Shown here in pieces: positions 9,249 through 17,584 of a DNA stretch of 64,000 bases. Position 1 is the first letter of the stretch; each line of letters opens with the position of its first letter. A program made the position numbers and the translations under genes. The notes below the pieces were generated by a model. The model searched no databases. It was not told the DNA's origin and was given only the letters and a program-made list of their open reading frames with translations. The DNA is from an uncultured Candidatus Saccharibacteria bacterium (GTDB lineage: Bacteria; Patescibacteriota; CAZHWT01), in contig CAZQWH010000002.1 of NCBI GenBank assembly GCA_964597145.1, positions 113,232 through 177,231 of the forward strand. Direction: 5' to 3'.

Positions 9249-10347
9249 TGCCTCATCTAATCACTCTCTAAAAATTGTAATCTTCGTTGGTGGTTCCGGG
9301 ACACGAATGTGGCCAATGAGCCGCCTTAATTCACCTAAACAGTTTGCCAAGTTAATTGGAGACAAGACCACCTTTCAACGCATGATTGGTTATTGGCTAT
9401 CCGCCTACTCTCCAGATGATATCTTTATTTCCACCTCACAGAAATACGTTACTACTATACTAGAGCAAGCACCAGTGCTTAAGCCTGATCATATAATTGC
9501 TGAGCCAGAATTGCGAGATACAACAGCTGCAATTGGGTTTGCAGCCATTCATATTGCACAACGATTTCCCAATAGCACTATGGCCACTGTTTGGGGAGAT
9601 CACTTAATTGCAAATCCGAAAGCATTTACAGATGCCTTTACCTTAGCTCATAAAATAGCTGAAGAACAAAACGTTACTGTTCAAATTAACGTAAAACCAA
9701 CTTTTGCTAGCCCAGACTTGGGTTATGTGCAGACTGGTGTACCAATCTTTACTAAATATGGTGATAACATTTACAGCTTCATTCGACAGGTTGAAAAACC
9801 TGATATTGCCTCCGCCAAGAAGTTCATCTCCTCCGTTCATTATTTATGGCACATTGGTTATCGAGTTTGGAGCGTGAATTCACTCTTAGCTTTATATAAA
9901 AAATATATTCCTAATGACTATCAAACGCTCATGACAATTAAAGCAGCTATTGGCACAGACCAAGAAACAGCTGTAGCTAATGAGCAATATCGCAAAATTG
10001 CCAAGCGGTCAATTGATTATGCAATTTATGAGCACCTTGAGCCAAGCGACCAAGCGGTAATTGCTGCCGATCTTGGTTGGGTAGATATTGGTACTTGGGA
10101 GGTACTCAAGGACGAGCTTAGCGATAACCCCGTTGATAATGTAACCAAGGAGCAGACTATCCTATATGACACCTCCGACTCATTAGTCTATGGGCAGCCA
10201 GGCAAAGTTACGGCAATTATTGGTTTAGAAGGCATGATTGTTGTCGATACACCAGACGCCTTACTAGTCATGCCTAAGGACAGATCTAAAGATGTAAAAA
10301 AGGTGGTCGAGCAGCTCAAACAGGATGGCTTAGATCGCTATCTATGA
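9235..10347 (+). CDS. mannose-1-phosphate guanylyltransferase-like nucleotidyltransferase
   Basis: N-terminal VIFVGGSGTRMWPMSR...PKQF sugar-nucleotidyltransferase signature. Overlaps the pheT stop by 14 nt. Confidence 0.75.
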   Translation: MSENNASSNHSLKIVIFVGGSGTRMWPMSRLNSPKQFAKLIGDKTTFQRMIGYWLSAYSPDDIFISTSQKYVTTILEQAPVLKPDHIIAEPELRDTTAAIGFAAIHIAQRFPNSTMATVWGDHLIANPKAFTDAFTLAHKIAEEQNVTVQINVKPTFASPDLGYVQTGVPIFTKYGDNIYSFIRQVEKPDIASAKKFISSVHYLWHIGYRVWSVNSLLALYKKYIPNDYQTLMTIKAAIGTDQETAVANEQYRKIAKRSIDYAIYEHLEPSDQAVIAADLGWVDIGTWEVLKDELSDNPVDNVTKEQTILYDTSDSLVYGQPGKVTAIIGLEGMIVVDTPDALLVMPKDRSKDVKKVVEQLKQDGLDRYL

Positions 10348-10363
10348 TAGCTAAATAATTTTT

Positions 10364-11518
10364 ATGGCTTCTAAATACCTTCACCGACGAATTAAACATG
10401 GTCTGCGCTGGAAAGCCGCCCAAGCCTGGATGTTGTTGCACCGACGAGTCGAGGTAATCGCAATTGGGGGAAGTGTAGGTAAAACCACAACCAAAGATAT
10501 GGCCGCCGCCATTCTATCGCAACAGTTTGCCACGGTTAAGTCGAAGGCCAACTTTGACCCAATCTTTAACCTACCCCAAACCGTTCTAACTATCCGTAAA
10601 CACCAAAAATTTGTGGCTGAAATGGGCATAGACGCCCCTAGCCAAATGCAGAAATATCTTACCTTGGTTAAACCTACCATAGCCGTTATGACCGAATTAT
10701 CCTTGGAACACACCGATGCCGAGCACTTACAGTCCCTCGATATAGCCATAGAAGAGGAGTGGAAACTGCTCACCGCCCTACCAGCCAACGGGTGGGCGAT
10801 TGTTAATGGCGACAACCAACTAATTCGCCAGCGCCTAGCAACCTTGAGCTGCTCGGTCTTAACCTATGGATTCGAAATCACCAACGATATTCAAATTAAG
10901 CAGGTTAAGCAAACCATGAAACAAGGTAAGGCCTGGCTATCAGTCAAGTTGGCGGGCAAGATTAGCGGTGAGTTCTCCGCACCTATTCTTGGTCGACACA
11001 ACGCGCTGTGCATGGCTGCAGCTATAGCGGTTGGCCAACAGTGCGGAGTCGGTATCAACAAGATTCAAGCCGGACTTCAGGAGTTTACCCCTCCACCACA
11101 CCGATTAGAGATAAAGCCAACCACTTGGGGAATTGTGATCGATGACACCTACAATTCCAGCCCCAAAGCCGCTATGGCGGCAATTGACACACTGGCTGAA
11201 GTGGGAACGAGGCAATCAGTCTTAGTCTTGGGCGACATGTTAGAACTCGGTGAATATGCCAAACAGGCTCATATCGAAGTCGGCCAGTATGCCGCAGTCC
11301 GCGGACTAGAAAATATCTTAGTTATTGGCGACTATGCAATAGACGTTAAATCTGGATATGAACAAGGTAATGGCCCCGGACAGGCTACCGTGGTTAATAA
11401 TCGCTCACAAATTGTCACCGAGATTAACGAACGCCGACCTAATATTATTTTATTAAAAGCCTCACGTGGGGTGCAACTCACCACCGTTGTCGACCAATTA
11501 ACGCGTAACGCCAAATAA
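10364..11518 (+). CDS. Mur ligase family protein, MurF-like (short, lacks N-terminal domain)
   Basis: P-loop IGGSVGKTTTKDM and an ANFDP...LP segment resembling MurF GNxNNxIGxP. 384 aa is shorter than canonical MurF. Confidence 0.65.
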   Translation: MASKYLHRRIKHGLRWKAAQAWMLLHRRVEVIAIGGSVGKTTTKDMAAAILSQQFATVKSKANFDPIFNLPQTVLTIRKHQKFVAEMGIDAPSQMQKYLTLVKPTIAVMTELSLEHTDAEHLQSLDIAIEEEWKLLTALPANGWAIVNGDNQLIRQRLATLSCSVLTYGFEITNDIQIKQVKQTMKQGKAWLSVKLAGKISGEFSAPILGRHNALCMAAAIAVGQQCGVGINKIQAGLQEFTPPPHRLEIKPTTWGIVIDDTYNSSPKAAMAAIDTLAEVGTRQSVLVLGDMLELGEYAKQAHIEVGQYAAVRGLENILVIGDYAIDVKSGYEQGNGPGQATVVNNRSQIVTEINERRPNIILLKASRGVQLTTVVDQLTRNAK

Positions 11519-11564
11519 CCCACCAACTATCCCAATTTCCAATAGTCCCGAGTTATTAACCCCA

Positions 11565-11588
11565 AAAACGTATATACGGACGTATATA
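11565..11588. repeat. 24-nt twin palindrome ACGTATATACGG ACGTATATACGT (copy 2), part of composite repeat 11560..11712
   Basis: Identical to 1231..1254. Each 12-mer is itself palindromic. Followed by a CTCAGATAAATAAA module and an AACCTAGGTT hairpin module. Confidence 0.8.
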
Positions 11589-11767
11589 CGTTTGTCGTTT
11601 TAACTCAGATAAATAAACGAAGGGTCCAACTCAGGTTGCATCTAAAATAGCGTCCACTGACACTATCAGGCAACCTAGGTTCAAGCACGTTTAACCCCGG
11701 GGGTTAAACAGTTGTAAGTAATGAGACTTGCCTGGAATTTGGTTATTCGCGCCCTAATTGAGCAAAC

Positions 11768-14413
11768 CTAGCTAAGGTTGTAGCGCCAATTGGCGGTTGG
11801 CCACAGCCAACCAACAGTGGGGAGAAGGTGGTTGCGTTGGGCCTGTTCGTCTCCAACTACAATCGAAATGCTATCCGACCCTTCATTACCGTTACTATCA
11901 ACCGCTTTTACCTTAATTGTATGCTTACCAGTATCGTTACTATTTAAATTAAACGTATAGGTATAGGGTATGGACGTTACGTTTTTAACCGGTATGTTAT
12001 CAAAATAGAAAGTAACTTGAATAATCGTACCCGCCGAAGCTACATCGGTTTTAACCGTTAATTTATTGCTGTCCACTTGAGTGTTGTTTTTAGGGCTCGT
12101 AATGGTAACAAATGGCTTATCACCAGCCGTATGATATAGCTCCGAAGTTTTTGTTGGACAATTATATGGCGCCCCCTGGGATTCCATCCAGGCATTAGTG
12201 TACGACTGCCACGCGCCCACTTGTTCCTTAAGTTGAATACAAGTCCGATCTTCGGCATTGCCTGTTGCAATAGTAGCTGCGTTTGCCAATAGCCCATTTA
12301 CCTTATCCACCTTTACCTGTTTAGAGAAGGTATCTATCTGAGTAGGTTCGGTGCCTTTAACAAATAACTCACTCCGAACTTTAGACCCAGGTCCCGGCAG
12401 CATACCCGAAACAGAGTCAATATTCACCGCAATCACGTTATCTGGACGCTCAAAATGCTCCACCGGTGTCCCTTTTAAGGCGCGCTGCATGTAATAATGC
12501 CAAATGGGCGTCGCGCCCGTTGAACCTTGGATGCCGTTCATTTCTTCGTGATTCATATTACCTACCCACACCACCGTACTCAGCGAAGGGGTATAGCCTG
12601 CCGTCCAAGCATCCCAGTTCATATCCGTTGTACCAGTCTTTACCGCTGCCGGACGGCCAATTTCAAGAAGATTGTGCGGGCCAAATAATCGGGCTCGGGC
12701 ATCGTTATCAGATAAAACATCAGAGACTAGGTATACATACTCCGCGTCAACTACCCGCTTGCCGTCTGAGGCCGCATATTGGCTAAGCACATTTCCCGCC
12801 GAATCTTCCACCTTGAGAATTGGCGTCAAGTCTTGTCGCACCCCCTGGTTAGCTAAAGTCGCATAAGCTTGGGCCATATCGTAGGGCTTCGCATCGGCCG
12901 CGCCTAGACCAATAGACACGCCGTAACTGTCACGATCGGTAAAGGTAGTTATACCCAAGGATTCTGCCATCTCAATAAAACCATCTACCCCCACTAATTG
13001 GGTCATTTTAACCGCCGGAATATTACGTGAATTAGACAAAGCCACCCGAGGCAAAAGTGGCCCCCAGTACTTACCGTCGGAGTTACCCGGGCAATAGTTT
13101 GGTTCGCCGCCAAAACAAGTTGGAACATCACCTAGATAGGTCCCCAGTGTATAGCCTTTAGTCAAAGCTTCTAGATACGTAAAAGGCTTCACCGATGAGC
13201 CAGGCTGGCGCTTCCGCTGAATAACATCCACATTGCCATCGTGTTCTGTGTCGTTAAAATCCTCAGAGCCAACATAGGCTAATATTTGTCCGGTTTTAGG
13301 ATCAACCGAAATCAGTCCTGCATTAGTTGCATTGGCATGAGCTTTGGCTAAGCGGTCAATTTGATTGTGAATTTCTTCTTCGGCAATTACTTGTTTGTCT
13401 AAATCAAGCGTGGTAGTGACTTTCAAGCCGCCTTGCTCAACCAGTTTGGTACCGAATTGTTCTTCGAGTAACTGCTTGACATAAAAGACAAAGTGAGGCG
13501 CCTTAATCCCCGACGAATCAATACCAGAAGCAAAAGCTAGTTTCTGATCCTTAGCCTCTTTTGCTTCTTCCTGGCTAATTTTACCGGCATCTGCCATTTG
13601 GTCTAAAACATAGTGCTGTCGGGCGTAAGCCGCATCGGGGTTGACCAAGGGGTTATAACGAGTGGGGGATTGAACCATACCAGCTAACAAAGCTGCCTCG
13701 GGCAACGTCAGCTCTTTAGCTGGCTTATTAAAATAGCGGTGAGCAGCAGCTTCGATACCATAAGCCGTTCCACCGTAAGGGATTTCATTAAGATAAATTT
13801 GTAAAATCTGGTCTTTAGAATAACGACGCTCAATTTGAATCGCTAAAACTAACTCTTTCAACTTACGAACCGGAGTCTGGCTGGTATCTTCTAGAATAGC
13901 ATTCTTAACCAACTGCTGAGTAATAGTAGAGCCCCCACCTTCAATAGATTGGCTCATAATATTTTTAAATAAAGCTACTGCAATCCCTTTTAAACTAAAC
14001 CCTTGGTGCTTATAAAAATCTTTATCTTCTGCAGCAATAGTCGCGTCTTTAACTACCTGAGGAATCTGATCAAACGTAAGCAGGGTCCGATTGTGCTCAC
14101 CATCGTAAATATCATAGAGCAGTTTGCCGTTACGATCGTAGATCTTAGTCGACTGGGCAACCTCACGGTTAGTTAGTTCGGTCGGGGAAGGTAAATCACG
14201 AGAAAAATAAGCCAACGTCACCACTACGCCGATGGTGCCAGCAATGGCCATAATTAACACCGCCGTACCAATAATGGTTAACCATTTAGCCCGAACCGAT
14301 CGCTGACGGAGTCGGTTACGGGTAGTTCTGCGGCGCAAGGCTGATACACTGGGGTAAGATTTAGCTCGTCGAGATGAGCGTTTGGGCATAAAAGGAAGAT
14401 GTGAAAAATCCAT
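11768..14413 (-). CDS. class A penicillin-binding protein (glycosyltransferase plus transpeptidase) with C-terminal Ig-like extension
   Basis: N-terminal TM anchor, GT51 motifs (EDKDFYKHQG, GGSTITQQLVKN), transpeptidase region, C-terminal beta-rich tail (TIKVKAVDSNGNEGSDSISIVV). Confidence 0.9.
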   Translation of the reverse strand: MDFSHLPFMPKRSSRRAKSYPSVSALRRRTTRNRLRQRSVRAKWLTIIGTAVLIMAIAGTIGVVVTLAYFSRDLPSPTELTNREVAQSTKIYDRNGKLLYDIYDGEHNRTLLTFDQIPQVVKDATIAAEDKDFYKHQGFSLKGIAVALFKNIMSQSIEGGGSTITQQLVKNAILEDTSQTPVRKLKELVLAIQIERRYSKDQILQIYLNEIPYGGTAYGIEAAAHRYFNKPAKELTLPEAALLAGMVQSPTRYNPLVNPDAAYARQHYVLDQMADAGKISQEEAKEAKDQKLAFASGIDSSGIKAPHFVFYVKQLLEEQFGTKLVEQGGLKVTTTLDLDKQVIAEEEIHNQIDRLAKAHANATNAGLISVDPKTGQILAYVGSEDFNDTEHDGNVDVIQRKRQPGSSVKPFTYLEALTKGYTLGTYLGDVPTCFGGEPNYCPGNSDGKYWGPLLPRVALSNSRNIPAVKMTQLVGVDGFIEMAESLGITTFTDRDSYGVSIGLGAADAKPYDMAQAYATLANQGVRQDLTPILKVEDSAGNVLSQYAASDGKRVVDAEYVYLVSDVLSDNDARARLFGPHNLLEIGRPAAVKTGTTDMNWDAWTAGYTPSLSTVVWVGNMNHEEMNGIQGSTGATPIWHYYMQRALKGTPVEHFERPDNVIAVNIDSVSGMLPGPGSKVRSELFVKGTEPTQIDTFSKQVKVDKVNGLLANAATIATGNAEDRTCIQLKEQVGAWQSYTNAWMESQGAPYNCPTKTSELYHTAGDKPFVTITSPKNNTQVDSNKLTVKTDVASAGTIIQVTFYFDNIPVKNVTSIPYTYTFNLNSNDTGKHTIKVKAVDSNGNEGSDSISIVVGDEQAQRNHLLPTVGWLWPTANWRYNLS

Positions 14414-14598
14414 GTATAATACGCCAAAATTAGCAATCTACATTATAACATACTAAACTCCAGACTTTTTACTGGCCATGGGCCTACAAGCCTCAGCTAC
14501 ATACAGTGTTAAAACAAAGCCCATAGTGTTGACAAGTAATCTCTTTTACGGTACTATTCAACAACTTGTTGAGGCAGCATCACCAGGAGAGTCATAAC

Positions 14599-15006
14599 AT
14601 GGAGAGCTGGCGTCGCCCGCAGAGTTTTAGCTTATATGGTGTTGAACGAGATAGATCTCAACCAATCCATAACCTCGATCCACACTACACCATCGAGCGC
14701 TTTAAGCACCCACAAACGGTCTTTCTGTCTCCGTCGGCTACACTCGACCCTAAATCTGGGCAGGTCAAAAGGGCTGGGTACGACTACAACGATCGTATTG
14801 CGGGTTGGTTTAGTGGCGAGGATCAAACTCAAGCTCGGCAACAAGCTGACCTAGTCAACCCAGATTGGAAGACAGCCGAGCATATTGAGGCCTACTTGCG
14901 CCATCTTTACAAGGACCCAGAGCTTGAACTGGTACACATTCTGAGCGGTTTTAACCGAGCTACCGGTTATCCATACCGAATCTACGGCTACCTCCGCTCT
15001 ACGTAA
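14599..15006 (+). CDS. hypothetical protein
   Basis: Sigma70-like promoter TTGACA-17-TACTAT at about 14530-14565. AGGAGAG RBS 7 nt before the ATG at 14599. No recognisable family. Confidence 0.45.
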   Translation: MESWRRPQSFSLYGVERDRSQPIHNLDPHYTIERFKHPQTVFLSPSATLDPKSGQVKRAGYDYNDRIAGWFSGEDQTQARQQADLVNPDWKTAEHIEAYLRHLYKDPELELVHILSGFNRATGYPYRIYGYLRST

Positions 15007-15108
15007 CAAGCAATCACACGACCCGTGTTGGCCCAACGGCTAACATGGGTCGCAACTTTCCTCTGTTGGCTATATCTGTTAAAATCCCATCAGATTATTT
15101 CTACTGCT

Positions 15109-16311
15109 ATGGATAACCAGACTTTACTCCACCGCGGCGTCGATACCATATTACCGACCACCGATCAACTAACTCAGGCCCTTCAGACAGCCCAAGCCGA
15201 AGGTCGTAAGCTGCGAGTTTATTTAGGGATCGATCCCACGAGCCCGCATTTGCATATCGGCCATACCATACCTATGCGTAAGCTGGCTCACTTTCAACAG
15301 GCTGGCCACCAAGCCATTTTATTAATTGGGGACTTTACCGCCCGCCTAGGCGACCCCGATAAACTAGCCATTCGAGAGCTTTTAACCAAAGAGAAAGTCC
15401 AGCAAAACATGGCTACCTACCTCGACCAGGCTAAGCATATCTTAAATCTAGATGGCCCAAACCCCGTTGAAATCCGCTACAATTCGGAGTGGAGCGACCC
15501 GTTAATTTATGAAGAAATTATTAAACTGGCTTCACACTTTACCCTGCAACAAATGCTGGAGCGAGATATGTTCCAGCGCCGAATACAGGAGCAACGACCA
15601 ATCTCTTTATCAGAGTTCTTTTACCCATTAATGCAAGGGTATGATGCGGTTGCCCTCAAAGCAGACATCCAAATTGGTGGGACTGACCAAACTTTCAATA
15701 TGTTGGCAGGGAGAACCTTGAATAAAGCCTTAAGCAATAAAGAAATGTTTGTTGTAACCACCCCACTCTTAGCCGACAAATCTGGAGCCAAGATCGGCAA
15801 AACCCAGGGCAATGCGATTAATATCGACAATCCGGCAGCAGAATTATACGGCCAAATTATGAGCCTGCCCGATGAGATCATTATCCCTGGCTTAACCTTA
15901 TTAACCGATGTCTCCGACGAAGTTATTTCTGGAGTAGAGCAGCAACTCGAAGCTGGACAAAATCCCATGCCTCTCAAAAAACAATTAGCCCAAGCCGTAG
16001 TCGCCCAATACCATAGCCAAGAAGTCGCAGCCGAGGCCGCCGCTCACTTCCAACAAACCGTCCAGGGTGGGGAAGTGCCGTCCCAAGTAGGAGAATACCG
16101 GGTAAGGCAGGCTACATGGAATATTCTCGATTTAATAGTTGAGGCAGGTATGGCCGAGAGCAAGTCTAAGGCCCGGCAATTATTTAATCAGGGCGCAGTA
16201 GAGTGGAATAATAAACGCGTAATTGACCAAGAGGTTACCATTAAAGGGAAGGCTTTGCTTAAGGTAGGCAAACGCCACTATAACTATATTATCCATCAGC
16301 CGAAAGGGTAA
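15109..16311 (+). CDS. tyrS: tyrosyl-tRNA synthetase
   Basis: Class I HIGH motif (HLHIGH), KIGKT in place of KMSKS, C-terminal S4-like domain. ATG at 15109 preferred over the upstream in-frame extension. Confidence 0.93.
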   Translation: MDNQTLLHRGVDTILPTTDQLTQALQTAQAEGRKLRVYLGIDPTSPHLHIGHTIPMRKLAHFQQAGHQAILLIGDFTARLGDPDKLAIRELLTKEKVQQNMATYLDQAKHILNLDGPNPVEIRYNSEWSDPLIYEEIIKLASHFTLQQMLERDMFQRRIQEQRPISLSEFFYPLMQGYDAVALKADIQIGGTDQTFNMLAGRTLNKALSNKEMFVVTTPLLADKSGAKIGKTQGNAINIDNPAAELYGQIMSLPDEIIIPGLTLLTDVSDEVISGVEQQLEAGQNPMPLKKQLAQAVVAQYHSQEVAAEAAAHFQQTVQGGEVPSQVGEYRVRQATWNILDLIVEAGMAESKSKARQLFNQGAVEWNNKRVIDQEVTIKGKALLKVGKRHYNYIIHQPKG

Positions 16312-16315
16312 AGGT

Positions 16316-16426
16316 ATGGCTAGCAAAAAACATCGAACCGCTGGAATTATTATTGCTATTCTAATGATTGGCAGCATTTTACTATTTGCATTGCTTCCTC
16401 TCATTACTGCCACGACGTATTATTAA
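16316..16426 (+). CDS. hypothetical 36-aa hydrophobic micro-protein, translationally coupled to tyrS
   Basis: ATG 5 nt after the tyrS stop with GAAAGGGTAAAGG RBS. Translation MASKKHRTAGIIIAILMIGSILLFALLPLITATTYY forms a single TM helix. Below the ORF-track size cutoff. Confidence 0.3.
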   Translation: MASKKHRTAGIIIAILMIGSILLFALLPLITATTYY

Positions 16427-16583
16427 TATGTATCTCGATTGGTATTTTTTACCAATCTAACCGCTTTGAGCCGCAAGCTACCATCAAGTTTTTACAACAT
16501 AGTATTGACAAACAACTAATAAACGTATAAACTATAGGCTTAGTTTGATTGGCACCTCACCAAAAAACCAGAAAGGCAAGAAC

Positions 16584-16820
16584 ATGTCGCAGAGAAAGCG
16601 GCTTACGATCGTAACAGCTCTTTGCAGTATCAGCTATCTGGCACTACTCATTATCGGCCAGATCGAGGTCTTGCACCCATTGAGGTGGGTACTACTGCCC
16701 ATCTTTTATGTCTCGGGAGCTATCCTCCTAAGCAACCTGATGGAAGGTGTGCTGTTTTTGGTCGGCGTATGTCTGTCCGGCCAGCCAATCAGGTTTGACG
16801 ACCAGAATCACCATCGTTAA
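16584..16820 (+). CDS. hypothetical small membrane protein
   Basis: Promoter TTGACA-17-TAAACT upstream. Two hydrophobic helices. Followed by a terminator hairpin at 16839..16872. Confidence 0.45.
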   Translation: MSQRKRLTIVTALCSISYLALLIIGQIEVLHPLRWVLLPIFYVSGAILLSNLMEGVLFLVGVCLSGQPIRFDDQNHHR

Positions 16821-16838
16821 GGGGTTCTCGTCAATCGC

Positions 16839-16872
16839 AGGGCTTCTGTATGTCACAGAGGCCCTTTTTACT
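16839..16872 (+). terminator. rho-independent terminator
   Basis: AGGGCTTCTGT-ATGTC-ACAGAGGCCCT stem-loop followed by a TTTTT run. Confidence 0.6.
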
Positions 16873-16890
16873 TCTTTATCAATTTTTTGA

Positions 16891-16918
16891 TTGACATTTC
16901 TCCAACAAACCGTATAAT
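16891..16918 (+). promoter_or_regulatory. near-consensus sigma70 promoter (TTGACA-16nt-TATAAT)
   Basis: TTGACA at 16891-16896 and TATAAT at 16913-16918. Confidence 0.6.
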
Positions 16919-16924
16919 TACAGA

Positions 16925-17076
16925 TTATGTTACACAATGTAAGTACTACGTTTAGTTTTTATTATTGGTTTAACCGGATTCAGTTCGCGGAGGCAAGAGT
17001 GTAACCTAAATATTGTAATTTACGATTGTTTGACTTTTAAAACTCTTCCCTCGGGAAGAGTTTTTTGTTTTTTCTG
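16925..17076 (+). ncRNA. candidate small RNA or leaderless 25-aa peptide transcript (about 150 nt between consensus promoter and terminator)
   Basis: Bracketed by the promoter at 16891..16918 and a perfect terminator (AAAACTCTTCCC-TCGG-GAAGAGTTTT plus T-run) at 17038..17076. Internal inverted repeat GTTACAC...GTGTAAC. An ATG at 16927 could give the leaderless peptide MLHNVSTTFSFYYWFNRIQFAEARV. No homology recognised. Confidence 0.3.
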
Positions 17077-17161
17077 GTTAGGCTGTTGGGGCAAAGAGAC
17101 TCCCAACTTCTGCCCAGAAGAACTGGGCAGAGCACCTTGATAACGTAAGGAGAGTGCAACT

Positions 17162-17473
17162 ATGATTTACCGGTTTACCTTTGCCGACGCCGTGCGACAG
17201 CCCCGACAACTCGAGCCTCAAGGCTTGGCTTTTGATGGAGAGGGGATGGAAGTGCGTAAATATCGAGATGACAACACCGTGCTGTACCAATCGTTTTGCA
17301 TCTGTGGCGCTCACCAATTGGAGCCAGGCTCTCGTTCGGCAGCCAACCGTTGGTGCAAATTACATCGGCAGGTTTGCCAACCGCCACCCACTCAAAAGCA
17401 AACCCAACCAATCAAAGGACGATCCATGAGTACTCTGCTTGAAGCACCCATGGAGAGAACAGGAGAACAATGA
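17162..17473 (+). CDS. hypothetical Cys-containing small protein (GC-rich patch)
   Basis: AAGGAGAG RBS 9 nt upstream of the ATG. Local GC clearly above the window average. Several other-frame ORFs overlap, as expected for GC-rich DNA. Followed by hairpin CCCCGGGA-N9-TCCCGGGG at 17518..17542. Confidence 0.4.
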   Translation: MIYRFTFADAVRQPRQLEPQGLAFDGEGMEVRKYRDDNTVLYQSFCICGAHQLEPGSRSAANRWCKLHRQVCQPPPTQKQTQPIKGRSMSTLLEAPMERTGEQ

Positions 17474-17584
17474 CGTATAGGCAAGTTCGGCTTAAGTGAG
17501 AGATAGGTCGACACCATCCCCGGGAGGTATGCTTTCCCGGGGATTCTATTTGACCATAGGCTGTCTTTACCTTATAACTACATC

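Noticed and set aside
12058-12866. ORFs within or antisense to the PBP1A gene (12058..12297 -, 12466..12786 +, 12672..12866 +)
   Set aside because: They overlap a well-supported 881-aa PBP reading frame. The translations are low complexity with no start signals.
15025-15108. N-terminal hydrophobic extension of tyrS (MLAQRLTWVATFLCWLYLL...)
   Set aside because: The canonical TyrRS N-terminus begins at the internal ATG (15109). The extension lacks an RBS and is not seen in TyrRS.
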